A DNA stretch of 62,546 nt, taken from positions 1-62,546 of IMG/VR virus record IMGVR_UViG_3300021962_000102; one strand, given 5' to 3'. Positions 39,533 through 47,675 of this stretch are shown here, in pieces. Numbering within the stretch: the stretch's first letter is position 1; every line of letters starts with the position of its first letter. Made by a program: the position numbers and the translations under genes. Below the pieces are notes generated by a model that did not search any database, was not told the DNA's origin, and saw nothing but the letters and a program-made list of their open reading frames with translations. Source of the DNA: a virus (Duplodnaviria > Caudoviricetes).

Positions 39533-40154
39533 AATCCAAGTTCAGTAATTGTTTCTCTTTTTTGAGATCATCACTGATGTTTCTATGAATAGTACGAACA
39601 GAACACTTTAACACCTCTGATAATTTTGAAAATGTAATTTTCTCATTATTATCATGTACGTAAAGCATAGCATCATATATATCGTCTTCGTTTATTTTTT
39701 TACTCTTACCGATAATACTTCCAACTATACTTAGTTTTTCAGTGATAGATAACCCACAGCCTTCCTTGAATATAATCTTTCTGGATTTATTCTTAGGAGA
39801 GAGTTCGAAGTCATATTTGATTAAGTCTTGGATTATATTATGTTTTACTTCTTCACTCGCTGTAAAAGTAATAAAACCATTTAACTTATTTGATAAAAAT
39901 TCTAATATTTCTATTATCTCACTGAATTTTCTACTTGGATTCAAATAAAGTATAACAAGCATGTGCCATTTTAATGACTTATACGATGTTATCCTAGCCT
40001 TGCTTCTAAATAGATCGTAGCATTCATTGGTGCCGTTTTCGTAATAATAGCCCCAAACAAATTCTTGTGTGTAGGTATCGTTAATAGGATTCCTCCTATA
40101 GACGATGCGTCTATTATTAAGGAATTCTAAATTTCGATCTGGGAATTGTGACAT
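39501..40154 (-). CDS. C-terminal HTH DNA-binding protein (possible origin-binding protein)
   Basis: ITFSKLSEVLKCSVRTIHRN HTH. Confidence 0.65.
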   Translation of the reverse strand: MSQFPDRNLEFLNNRRIVYRRNPINDTYTQEFVWGYYYENGTNECYDLFRSKARITSYKSLKWHMLVILYLNPSRKFSEIIEILEFLSNKLNGFITFTASEEVKHNIIQDLIKYDFELSPKNKSRKIIFKEGCGLSITEKLSIVGSIIGKSKKINEDDIYDAMLYVHDNNEKITFSKLSEVLKCSVRTIHRNISDDLKKEKQLLNLDYEKVQHNELR

Positions 40155-40194
40155 TTGCCCCCTACTATATTTTATCTATAACCCTAATGTCACA
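40147..40194. promoter_or_regulatory. 48-bp TGTGACA-N34-TGTCACA element overlapping the HTH gene start codon
   Basis: Same length and end repeats as the copies at 50532 and 50635. Confidence 0.7.
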
Positions 40195-40236
40195 GTTCTT
40201 GTTTAAGATACAGTGTTTGGTTATTAATTTGTTTCA

Positions 40237-40244
40237 CAAATTTA
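40237..40244 (-). promoter_or_regulatory. -7 box TAAATTTG upstream of the HTH gene
   Basis: Exact TAnnTTTG; TTTG 16 nt upstream. Confidence 0.5.
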
Positions 40245-40255
40245 TTAAACTATAT

Positions 40256-40750
40256 TCAACCAAATATCACTTCGTAGTTCTTTTCTGCGATTTCGCGCGT
40301 TGTGAACATTGATGCGAACTTTATTAAAGACTCTTTTTCGTGCCAAGATATGCGCTCAAATGCATCGTGTATAGCATTCTCAGCATCAAGCCTGTCCATC
40401 TTAGGTAACACATCGTCTTTTATGAAGTCAGTCATTTTTTTAATACTTGTGGCTTCTCCAAATTTGTATTTAACCTTGCACCTCTCATATGAGTCAACTG
40501 CTTTTTTATATAACTCTTTATAATCATCGTAAAGCATTCTATCGTCGTGTGTTCTTATATAATAAAGAATCGTTGAGTGGTCCATGCGCAATTGTCTGCC
40601 AAGTTCAGTTGGACCAACAATTTTAAATAGAACGTTGCTTATTGCTATTTTAGGAAGAACTATATCTCTACGTCTAGATCTAATAAGTGGAGCATCGATG
40701 TTGAAATAAAAATCTTGTATTGTTTCTTTTGCTATTGTTACGTATTTCAT
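40256..40750 (-). CDS. DnaA domain IV-like HTH protein
   Basis: RSRRRDIVLPK...ELGRQLRMDHSTILY resembles the DnaA C-terminal signature. Confidence 0.65.
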   Translation of the reverse strand: MKYVTIAKETIQDFYFNIDAPLIRSRRRDIVLPKIAISNVLFKIVGPTELGRQLRMDHSTILYYIRTHDDRMLYDDYKELYKKAVDSYERCKVKYKFGEATSIKKMTDFIKDDVLPKMDRLDAENAIHDAFERISWHEKESLIKFASMFTTREIAEKNYEVIFG

Positions 40751-40754
40751 GTTG

Positions 40755-41366
40755 TCAATGTTTTAATAGTCCAACTTTTATATTGTTATTGAACCATCTG
40801 GTTGCATATAAATCGTGTTCTGATGCGTTAATATATTCGTCGCGTTTCATCGCGTCTAATGACGAAAAAATAACGGCATGCCTGTCTTTTGTTACATCTA
40901 TATATTCTTTTTGTTTACCACTAGTGCTGAATATTATATCAAAGTTTTCTGGTATTAATTCAGAATTTTGTTTTATAAGCTTAACACTATTTGTGTAACT
41001 GTAGAACCGGATGTTTGGAAATTTATTTGCTATGTCTATCCATTTCTTTAAATAATTAAAAGAATAAAAATCACCAGAGTCATGTACTCTAACGTAAGAA
41101 GGATTTTCATAGGTTATATGTGACGACATGACTTCAACAAAATCATCTTTAAGAGTAGCACTGTATCTTTCTTCGTATGCTTTAGAAGGATTTTTGTATT
41201 TATAAGTTCCTTTCCTAGCATAACAGAACTTGACGCAGTCGCCAGCAAATGGACATGTTACTTTGCCAGTTACAGACTTAAACGCTGGTATACCAAAATT
41301 TAATATGCGCACACCAAAATGTTTTGACGTACGCAGCATTTTAGAATTCTGTGATAATAATTTCAT
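40755..41366 (-). CDS. GP88-like (radical-SAM-like) protein
   Basis: TCPFAGDCVKFCYA, RVHDSGDF, FYSYT. Confidence 0.7.
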   Translation of the reverse strand: MKLLSQNSKMLRTSKHFGVRILNFGIPAFKSVTGKVTCPFAGDCVKFCYARKGTYKYKNPSKAYEERYSATLKDDFVEVMSSHITYENPSYVRVHDSGDFYSFNYLKKWIDIANKFPNIRFYSYTNSVKLIKQNSELIPENFDIIFSTSGKQKEYIDVTKDRHAVIFSSLDAMKRDEYINASEHDLYATRWFNNNIKVGLLKH

Positions 41367-41371
41367 AATTG

Positions 41372-41403
41372 TATTATCAACGAAGTGTTGTTGTTTTGTT
41401 GTG
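41372..41403 (-). promoter_or_regulatory. phage early promoter motif
   Basis: CACA-N8-ACA-N10-GATAATA. Confidence 0.7.
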
Positions 41404-41406
41404 TGG

Positions 41407-41637
41407 TTATGTGTTTTTCTCAAACACAAACAATATGTTTTCCCAAGCTTTTATTTCAAACTCTAATCTAGCTATAGCGGTTTCTTTATACTTGTTTTTG
41501 TTTATCAATGGATTATAACTAGAGATCGTATCTGATAAAACAATTTTGTGATCAGATATATTTTTCATTATTAACTCTCTAGAAACAGAATCAATATATT
41601 GTTTAGAATATTCTATCGTTTCTATATCTAGTTTCAT
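41407..41637 (-). CDS. hypothetical protein
   Basis: Co-oriented ORF, ATG 41637. Confidence 0.5.
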   Translation of the reverse strand: MKLDIETIEYSKQYIDSVSRELIMKNISDHKIVLSDTISSYNPLINKNKYKETAIARLEFEIKAWENILFVFEKNT

Positions 41638-41766
41638 TGTGTTTCTACTATTAAACTTAAAGCTTTTATATAACCATTCCAATACGCTGTTTCTTCAGTA
41701 AGACCCCTATATTTACAAACATTGCGGTTGTACTTAGCTTTTCTGTATTGCTCAATTATTATTTTC

Positions 41767-42075
41767 TCATTTTTCATCGTTAAGACTATTTATATAATCT
41801 TCATAACGTAGGCACTCGGCACACACCCATTCATCTTTAGTTGGACTGTTTTGTAAAATCTTTCTGTACACCTCATTTGGTGAGCCGCACCTATCGCATC
41901 TAATACTGTTCTCTAATCCGTATGGATTCCAATCAGCATTATCCTTGAAGTCGCTTGACACCTCTACGTACCATAGACCGAAGTCAAAGATGATAGACCA
42001 AGCTACGTTTGGGTATCGTAACCACGTTACACCAATAGCAAACTGGTCAACGTATTTTCCTTTGCTAATTTTCAT
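41767..42075 (-). CDS. hypothetical protein with CxxC..CxxC Zn ribbon
   Basis: CDRC...CAEC. Confidence 0.55.
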   Translation of the reverse strand: MKISKGKYVDQFAIGVTWLRYPNVAWSIIFDFGLWYVEVSSDFKDNADWNPYGLENSIRCDRCGSPNEVYRKILQNSPTKDEWVCAECLRYEDYINSLNDEK

Positions 42076-42268
42076 TGTCAGATTTTGTTTGGTTATTCGG
42101 ATTTTCTCCGAGTTGAGGTTCATTTTTTGACAACTCTACGATAAAGTCAGCGACCTTCTCGCACTGCTGCTTGTTTAGGAAGTAAAGGCTGTTAGAATGG
42201 AACGTATGACGAATCTTATCGTACACCAACTTCTTTATCAGCGCCCACTTTTCTTCTTCTGTTCTCAT
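42065..42268 (-). CDS. hypothetical protein
   Basis: ATGA-coupled chain. Confidence 0.55.
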   Translation of the reverse strand: MRTEEEKWALIKKLVYDKIRHTFHSNSLYFLNKQQCEKVADFIVELSKNEPQLGENPNNQTKSDNEN

Positions 42269-42501
42269 TTGTACTTGCGTATTACTTCAAAGGTTCTCTT
42301 AATGTCAGAATCAAGATGTGGTTTTTGTTCTGCTCTCACAGGATACCAAGCAATAGTATAACCGTGGTTTGCATTCCAGTCTTCTTTCTTCACTCTGTTC
42401 CCGTTGACGCTGTGCAGATATATCCAAGGGATGTTACCCATCAGCTCAAGCTTAATGCCGATACGCTTCATACGATTGATGAAGATGTCAACCTCGTTCA
42501 T
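42265..42501 (-). CDS. hypothetical protein
   Basis: ATGA-coupled chain; GNIPWIYL motif. Confidence 0.65.
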   Translation of the reverse strand: MNEVDIFINRMKRIGIKLELMGNIPWIYLHSVNGNRVKKEDWNANHGYTIAWYPVRAEQKPHLDSDIKRTFEVIRKYK

Positions 42502-42707
42502 TTCTCGTTGGTTTTGTATTCTTTATCAAAAGAATCTGCAATCTGACGGGTGGTCAAATCTCCGTACTTGAAAGCGAAGTCAACCATCTGCTCCTTCTCC
42601 ATTTCTTTGGCTTTAATTAGAATATCATTTGCGTCTGTAAATTCTGATTTTCCATAAAGAAATTTTGATAACTCAATGTGTTGCCACTCTACTGCTGTCT
42701 GTTTCAT
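42498..42707 (-). CDS. MKQTAVEW-type small phage protein
   Basis: KQTAVEW...KAKEMEKEQ. Confidence 0.65.
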   Translation of the reverse strand: MKQTAVEWQHIELSKFLYGKSEFTDANDILIKAKEMEKEQMVDFAFKYGDLTTRQIADSFDKEYKTNEK

Positions 42708-42868
42708 TTCTCGTTTGTTTTAAAGGTTTCATTTAATAGTTCTGCTAAATCTTGGGCATCTTCTCCGATAGACCCAATTATCTTTCCGTCTACAAGCACG
42801 TTGTATCCGTATTCATCACAACATCCGTCTCCGCAGGTGTGCCAGTATGGTTGAAGTTCTATTTTCAT
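42704..42868 (-). CDS. 54-aa protein with CGDGCC motif (not in the ORF track)
   Basis: MKIELQPYWHTCGDGCCDEYG...FKTNEK*, ATGA overlaps at both ends. Confidence 0.65.
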   Translation of the reverse strand: MKIELQPYWHTCGDGCCDEYGYNVLVDGKIIGSIGEDAQDLAELLNETFKTNEK

Positions 42869-43155
42869 TTCTGCTTAGCGTCAAAGTCTGAATACTTCAG
42901 CCCCCACATTACATTGAACCAGCGCATCTCCTTCTCTGCATAGACTGCTCGCATCTTGAGTTCCTTCATAAGGTACTGCTTACCCCACTCCTTCAGTTCC
43001 TCTCCCTGCTCAAAGGTCATAGTGTACTTCTGAAACCACTTGTCTACGCCACGGATGTCGTCGTAGGTTACGTCGTGTCCAGCAATATCAAACATCTTAT
43101 TGATGATGTCAACGATTGCCTTCTCTTTCTTTTGTTCTCTTGTTAGTCGTTTCAT
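42865..43155 (-). CDS. hypothetical protein
   Basis: ATGA-coupled chain. Confidence 0.65.
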   Translation of the reverse strand: MKRLTREQKKEKAIVDIINKMFDIAGHDVTYDDIRGVDKWFQKYTMTFEQGEELKEWGKQYLMKELKMRAVYAEKEMRWFNVMWGLKYSDFDAKQK

Positions 43156-43304
43156 TCTTCAGTGTTGAAATAGTTAGACGTGCTACACTCCTCACACAAC
43201 CGCTTGCCCTGCATCACAAGACCGAGCTTTGGTGTATGTGTAGTCACCTTCTGGCAGTGTAAGCAGAACTGCTTACCTCGTTTGTGGATTGCGTCTTGTT
43301 TCAT
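43152..43304 (-). CDS. 50-aa Zn-ribbon protein (not in the ORF track)
   Basis: FCLHC...LCEEC; ATGA overlap. Confidence 0.6.
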   Translation of the reverse strand: MKQDAIHKRGKQFCLHCQKVTTHTPKLGLVMQGKRLCEECSTSNYFNTEE

Positions 43305-43349
43305 AATGTGTGTTTAAATGCACAAAGTGTGTAGGTTTTGTGTGATTTA

Positions 43350-43607
43350 TTACACATTATCCTCAATTAGAATCTCCCAATAGTCGTCGTGTTCAACGAA
43401 CCCATTAACAATTCCTTGTAGTAAATACAGCGACATATTAGTGCCCAAGGATATAAATGGTCCGCCGCTTGGGTCAACAAATATAATCTTGTCGTCATCA
43501 TTCCACCCGTAGCGCGTGTACTTGAAGTCTCCCTTCCAGTCGATGTTGCCGTTCTCGTTCTTTTCAAACGTGAACTCGTCTTTATATCTGTTAGTGTACT
43601 TAATCAT
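43350..43607 (-). CDS. hypothetical protein
   Basis: FVDPSGGPFI motif. Confidence 0.65.
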   Translation of the reverse strand: MIKYTNRYKDEFTFEKNENGNIDWKGDFKYTRYGWNDDDKIIFVDPSGGPFISLGTNMSLYLLQGIVNGFVEHDDYWEILIEDNV

Positions 43608-43966
43608 TGGAATGTTTGAATTTTAGCATATACTTCTTTTAGTTCAGACCAAGTACCTAAGTACGTAATTGCTCTAACTTTTCTGTTGTCAATCCATACG
43701 TATTCTTGTCCGTCTTTGATGCGTGGTTTATCCATCACTAATCCATGATACTTGAATCCGTGGTCACTCAACCATTTTTCTGTAACGGCACGGTCTTTTG
43801 ATTCTCTTGCTGTGAAAAAAGTTATAACATTACCATCTTCATACCACTTGTTTATGATTTTTAAAGCGTTGTCATAAACTTTAGCGTATGGGAACAAATG
43901 ACTTTCTTCATTTTTAATGTCATCGCATATTGTTCCGTCAATATCAATTAAGAATACTTTATTCAT
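43604..43966 (-). CDS. HAD-superfamily phosphatase
   Basis: FLIDIDGT, FTAR, MDKP, WIDN; ATG 43966. Confidence 0.8.
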   Translation of the reverse strand: MNKVFLIDIDGTICDDIKNEESHLFPYAKVYDNALKIINKWYEDGNVITFFTARESKDRAVTEKWLSDHGFKYHGLVMDKPRIKDGQEYVWIDNRKVRAITYLGTWSELKEVYAKIQTFQ

Positions 43967-43978
43967 TTTGTTTTTACT

Positions 43979-44055
43979 TGGCACCCCTGACAGGAATCGA
44001 ACCTGTAACCTACGCATTAGAAGTGCGTTGCTCTATCCAGTTGAGCTACAGGGGC
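43979..44055 (-). tRNA. tRNA-Arg(UCU)
   Basis: Canonical cloverleaf, loop CT-TCT-AA, GTTCGA T loop, encoded CCA. Confidence 0.95.
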
Positions 44056-44060
44056 ATAAT

Positions 44061-44139
44061 AGTACGCTCGGTGGGACTCGAACCCACGTGTGACCAGTTA
44101 CCCTTTCTACAAGGTATAAGCTTGAGGGGATACGAGCGT
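44061..44139 (-). tRNA. non-canonical tRNA-like RNA, anticodon UAU (Ile), no D arm
   Basis: 7-bp acceptor ACGCTCG/CGAGCGT, T arm GTGGG-TTCGAGT-CCCAC, loop CT-TAT-AC, discriminator A. Confidence 0.7.
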
Positions 44140-44146
44140 TTATGCT

Positions 44147-44356
44147 TTAAAACTCAGGATGTATATCGCTATCATTTAGCGAATCGTAGTGTTCTCCGTT
44201 GTTTCCATTGCGTAGTATGATCATCATACGTTGCTCTGCTTCTTTTTCTTCTTCGTCAATCTCAATTTGTTGGAATTGCGCGTGTACTGCGCAGGCATTG
44301 ACTATGTATTTCTGGTCGTCTCCAGGGTCGTCGTCAAGTATCACATTATTGTTCAT
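44147..44356 (-). CDS. hypothetical acidic protein
   Basis: RMMIILRNGNNGEHY motif. Confidence 0.55.
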   Translation of the reverse strand: MNNNVILDDDPGDDQKYIVNACAVHAQFQQIEIDEEEKEAEQRMMIILRNGNNGEHYDSLNDSDIHPEF

Positions 44357-44553
44357 TGTTCCCAATATATGAATTTGTAACCATCAGTATTATTAGATGC
44401 TTTGTTTTTCGATCTATCAATCATTGATTTACGTTCTAGCCATCTAGAATACATTTTAGCAACTACTGCATCTCTTTGTCTTTTAAATGGATAGTATTTT
44501 CTAACCTTAGCATTAGCTATTCTTAAAAAGTCATTCATCTGCTTGTCGTCCAT
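44353..44553 (-). CDS. hypothetical protein
   Basis: Coupled ORF. Confidence 0.55.
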   Translation of the reverse strand: MDDKQMNDFLRIANAKVRKYYPFKRQRDAVVAKMYSRWLERKSMIDRSKNKASNNTDGYKFIYWEQ

Positions 44554-44818
44554 CTCCTTCTTCTTGTTTAGTGTTGTAAAGCATACTGCAAAATAAAATA
44601 TATGTAGCTATTTTATTATAAATATACTCAGACGGTAGACCATCGTCTTTGTCTGACTTTATAACATTTATAGCAAATTTAGCTGCTAGTTTTTCAACAA
44701 ACACGCTAGCAGCCTCTGCTCCGAATTGTTTATGTACTTCATAAACGCTCTTGCCTATATCTAGAGGGTTTATTTCACTTATGTTAAAGTCTTCCTGATC
44801 CATTGTAATACTGCTCAA
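44531..44818 (-). CDS. hypothetical protein (start may be 44803)
   Basis: Co-oriented ORF. Confidence 0.5.
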   Translation of the reverse strand: MSSITMDQEDFNISEINPLDIGKSVYEVHKQFGAEAASVFVEKLAAKFAINVIKSDKDDGLPSEYIYNKIATYILFCSMLYNTKQEEGDGRQADE

Positions 44819-44941
44819 CTATGTTTATTGCCCTGTCCATAGCTTGTAAGTTGGCAGTGTGCACGTTTTTGTTTTTGAGCATCCATTCAACGAATTTAGC
44901 GCTTTTAGAAATACTTTCTGCAAGTTTATCTTGTTTCATAA

Positions 44942-45211
44942 TTAATGTTGTTGCCAAATCATCATTGTTCCTGGATCATACCACTCGAAATACCAACCGT
45001 TTTTTTCAACAAGTTCGTTGATTTTTGGATGTACGCCAAATGTGTTGTTCCAAGTATCACTATAGTAATCGAAGAACTGTGGAGTGTAATCTGCAGCTAA
45101 CCAAATGCCTTGATTTTCTACTTTGTGACCATAAAAATCAGATGCGGTACCACACACTTTAAGACCTTTTTCCGAAAGCAGGTCCATTAATTTACTAATA
45201 TCAGTAGCCAT
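44942..45211 (-). CDS. hypothetical protein
   Basis: GWYFEWYDPGT motif. Confidence 0.65.
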   Translation of the reverse strand: MATDISKLMDLLSEKGLKVCGTASDFYGHKVENQGIWLAADYTPQFFDYYSDTWNNTFGVHPKINELVEKNGWYFEWYDPGTMMIWQQH

Positions 45212-45464
45212 TTTCGTCTAAATAAGCTTGAATTAATTCTTCTAACTTGTTAAAAAACACAATGTTAGAACCGTTTTTATCCACGATTAACGCCTTTGAA
45301 CCTATAGATAGGCTAATTGCATTTACATAAGCATCCCAGCCTGCTTGAGCGCCAGTGCCAGATTCGTAGTCTAATTCTGCTGGAGAATATTCTGCAGATC
45401 CGAACACATCAACTTCAATGTGATCGTTAAAAGGCATTAGCCCAGTTAATTCTATTTTTGACAT
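45201..45464 (-). CDS. hypothetical acidic protein
   Basis: Directly downstream of an early promoter. Confidence 0.6.
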   Translation of the reverse strand: MSKIELTGLMPFNDHIEVDVFGSAEYSPAELDYESGTGAQAGWDAYVNAISLSIGSKALIVDKNGSNIVFFNKLEELIQAYLDENGY

Positions 45465-45481
45465 TTAGCTGTTGTTTTATG

Positions 45482-45513
45482 TATTATCAAACGGTGATCG
45501 TTACTTGGTTGTG
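45482..45513 (-). promoter_or_regulatory. phage early promoter motif
   Basis: CACA-N8-ACG-N10-GATAATA. Confidence 0.75.
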
Positions 45514-45893
45514 AGGTAAATGTTTTTATTGATCTTACGGTTGTGTGAAATGCTCCACTTGTGTTCATTTGCAGTCACGTAGTCAAGTATGTATAGCAAA
45601 CGATCCTTACGGCTGAGAATCTTTACAACCTTACCATCTATACGCGGGTTGATTGGATAGTATTGGTTTGAGAAGTTTTTACCAATGTTGCGTTGGCGTA
45701 TTACGTTTCCAGCAAGTGTTTCACTGATTGTGAATCCATATCGCGTTTGCCAATATGTACTACCGTTGTTAAGGTTTTTCTTCGGAGCAACAGGTGTTAA
45801 GCCAGCGTCAATAAGCTTTTTCCAAGCGTTGCCTTCTGATTTGATTTCGTCATAGACAATAGTGAGTTCGTAGGGTTTATTTGTCTTTTTCAT
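45501..45893 (-). CDS. hypothetical protein
   Basis: 130-aa co-oriented ORF. Confidence 0.6.
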   Translation of the reverse strand: MKKTNKPYELTIVYDEIKSEGNAWKKLIDAGLTPVAPKKNLNNGSTYWQTRYGFTISETLAGNVIRQRNIGKNFSNQYYPINPRIDGKVVKILSRKDRLLYILDYVTANEHKWSISHNRKINKNIYLTTK

Positions 45894-45983
45894 TTTTTTC
45901 TGATTTTTTATCTAGGTATTTTGACAATAAGAATACTGATACTAAAAACAATAGGAATATTGAAAACGGTATAATCTTGTTTA

Positions 45984-46844
45984 CTACAGTAAGATACTTG
46001 AGCATTTTTTATTTCTTTTTAATCTATTTAATCCGCTGTCTTTTAGTTGACGCGCTTTTTCATCTGGAATATCTAATTCCATAGCTATTTGCTTAATAGT
46101 CTTGGCATGTTCAAACGCGCCTAAATACATTGACACAACCTTGAAGTGCATTGGATTTAAAACCTTCTCTGCAGTTTTCCAAAACAGATTTACTGTAGAC
46201 TCCTGTGTTATATCTTCATCTGGTTGTGCGTAGGTTGTGTTAGGCAACACATCAGATATTGTAGTTGATGATTCATCTCCAGACAGCGTAGCGTCGCTAG
46301 ACGTCATCTCTGCGGTGTGGTTGAACATGTCTAAAACAAAACTCTCTTCAACGCCAAGATGTTCTGCAATCTCAAAAGGTTCTGGTTCTCTAAACAGTTT
46401 CTGCTCGAGCTCAGACGATGCCTTGCGTATCCTATTCATATTGGCATTCCTATTGCCTGGCGTGTATATCTGCTTTGACTTAGTGTCAATTGAGTGTAGT
46501 ATACTCTGCCTGATCCACCACACGGCGAACGATATGAACTTAAAACCTCTTGTTGGATCGAACCTGTCAACAGCCTTAATAAGGCCGATGTTGCCTTCTG
46601 ATATTAAGTCTTCAAGCTTCATACCAGATACTTGATACTGCTTGGCGACAGATACAACAAACCTTAAGTTTGCGCGCGTTAGTTTTTCTTTTGCAACTGG
46701 ATCCCCTGTTTCGTAAATGATTTTAGTTAATTCAAATTCTTCTTCTGGCGTTAATAGTTTTTCTTTAGAAAGCTCTAAAAAGTATTTATCTATTGATTTG
46801 CTTTCGCGTTTAGTAATCTGATTGGCGATCTTAAGTTGGCGCAT
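45984..46844 (-). CDS. RpoD/SigA-like sigma factor of the Bacteroidota primary-sigma type
   Basis: MRQLKI..ITKRE, ANLRFVVSVAKQYQ, DLISEGNIGL, FDPTRGFKFISFAVWWIRQSI. Confidence 0.92.
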   Translation of the reverse strand: MRQLKIANQITKRESKSIDKYFLELSKEKLLTPEEEFELTKIIYETGDPVAKEKLTRANLRFVVSVAKQYQVSGMKLEDLISEGNIGLIKAVDRFDPTRGFKFISFAVWWIRQSILHSIDTKSKQIYTPGNRNANMNRIRKASSELEQKLFREPEPFEIAEHLGVEESFVLDMFNHTAEMTSSDATLSGDESSTTISDVLPNTTYAQPDEDITQESTVNLFWKTAEKVLNPMHFKVVSMYLGAFEHAKTIKQIAMELDIPDEKARQLKDSGLNRLKRNKKCSSILL

Positions 46845-47059
46845 TAATCTAAAAGTTCTGGATAAAATTCTCGGATAGTCATCTTATCCATTTCATAATA
46901 TGGCGATGACAAGAAATCAAACAACTGTTGCTTTGTGCCCGTTAACAAGGCTATGCCGTAGTTGGTTTTACAGGCGATATTAAACTTGGCACATAAAGAA
47001 ACAAACTCTTGCTCTGGACCAACGTAGTCTAGATCAATAGTTAAAAGTTCTTCTTGCAT
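46844..47059 (-). CDS. hypothetical protein
   Basis: Coupled ORF. Confidence 0.55.
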   Translation of the reverse strand: MQEELLTIDLDYVGPEQEFVSLCAKFNIACKTNYGIALLTGTKQQLFDFLSSPYYEMDKMTIREFYPELLD

Positions 47060-47391
47060 TAGTAAACGTTTTTAATAAGTATTCTTTGGTGCGAACTACC
47101 GTCCCATTCGACTTCATAGCCTGCGGTTTCAAACGTACGGCGGATTTCTTCACCGTCACCAGCCCACGCGATGTATAGGTTGTTTGTATCTCTAAGATGA
47201 GACTTGTCTTGTGCGTGGTAGAAAACAACCTTTTGCTCTTTGCCTTCTGGCACGGCACTCCATCCGCACCCCTGGCAGCACATGAAGTTTTGCCTAGCGA
47301 AGTACCCTAGTTTACGCAGTTCTTTAAACACTGCGGTTAATTGGCTATTGTCAACACTATAGCGATTGCTGTATCTCGTCGAGCGCCTCAT
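47059..47391 (-). CDS. DUF6891-like protein
   Basis: ARQNFMCCQGCG, VFYHAQD, LYIAW. Confidence 0.6.
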   Translation of the reverse strand: MRRSTRYSNRYSVDNSQLTAVFKELRKLGYFARQNFMCCQGCGWSAVPEGKEQKVVFYHAQDKSHLRDTNNLYIAWAGDGEEIRRTFETAGYEVEWDGSSHQRILIKNVY

Positions 47392-47581
47392 AGTTGATGT
47401 CTCCGTTTTGGTTAATGATGTTGTTTTCAATAAGTGCACTAGCGGCGCGGCCGTAAAAGCCTTGTAGTTGCCAAGCCATACCCGTGCGGATAAGGGTTGA
47501 GAACATATTTATAGTGCTAATGTCATCTAGTTCGCCGTTTTCAAAGGCGATAATGTTGTCTAAAGAGAAGTTGTCTTGCAT
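47357..47581 (-). CDS. DUF7417-like protein
   Basis: LIRTGMAWQLQGFYGRAA..LI. Confidence 0.65.
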   Translation of the reverse strand: MQDNFSLDNIIAFENGELDDISTINMFSTLIRTGMAWQLQGFYGRAASALIENNIINQNGDINYEALDEIQQSL

Positions 47582-47638
47582 TGTGGTCGTTGTTGATGTA
47601 ACCAAGAGGCGCTACAGACGTAACGCCCCGTGGTACAT

Positions 47639-47671
47639 TATTATCAACTACTTTGACGTAACGCCATCGTG
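47639..47671 (-). promoter_or_regulatory. phage early promoter motif
   Basis: CACG-N8-ACG-N11-GATAATA. Confidence 0.7.
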
Positions 47672-47675
47672 AAGA

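Noticed and set aside
43604-44220. ORF extension 43967..44017 and + strand ORF 43930..44220
   Set aside because: Both run through the tRNA genes; the HAD gene starts at 43966.
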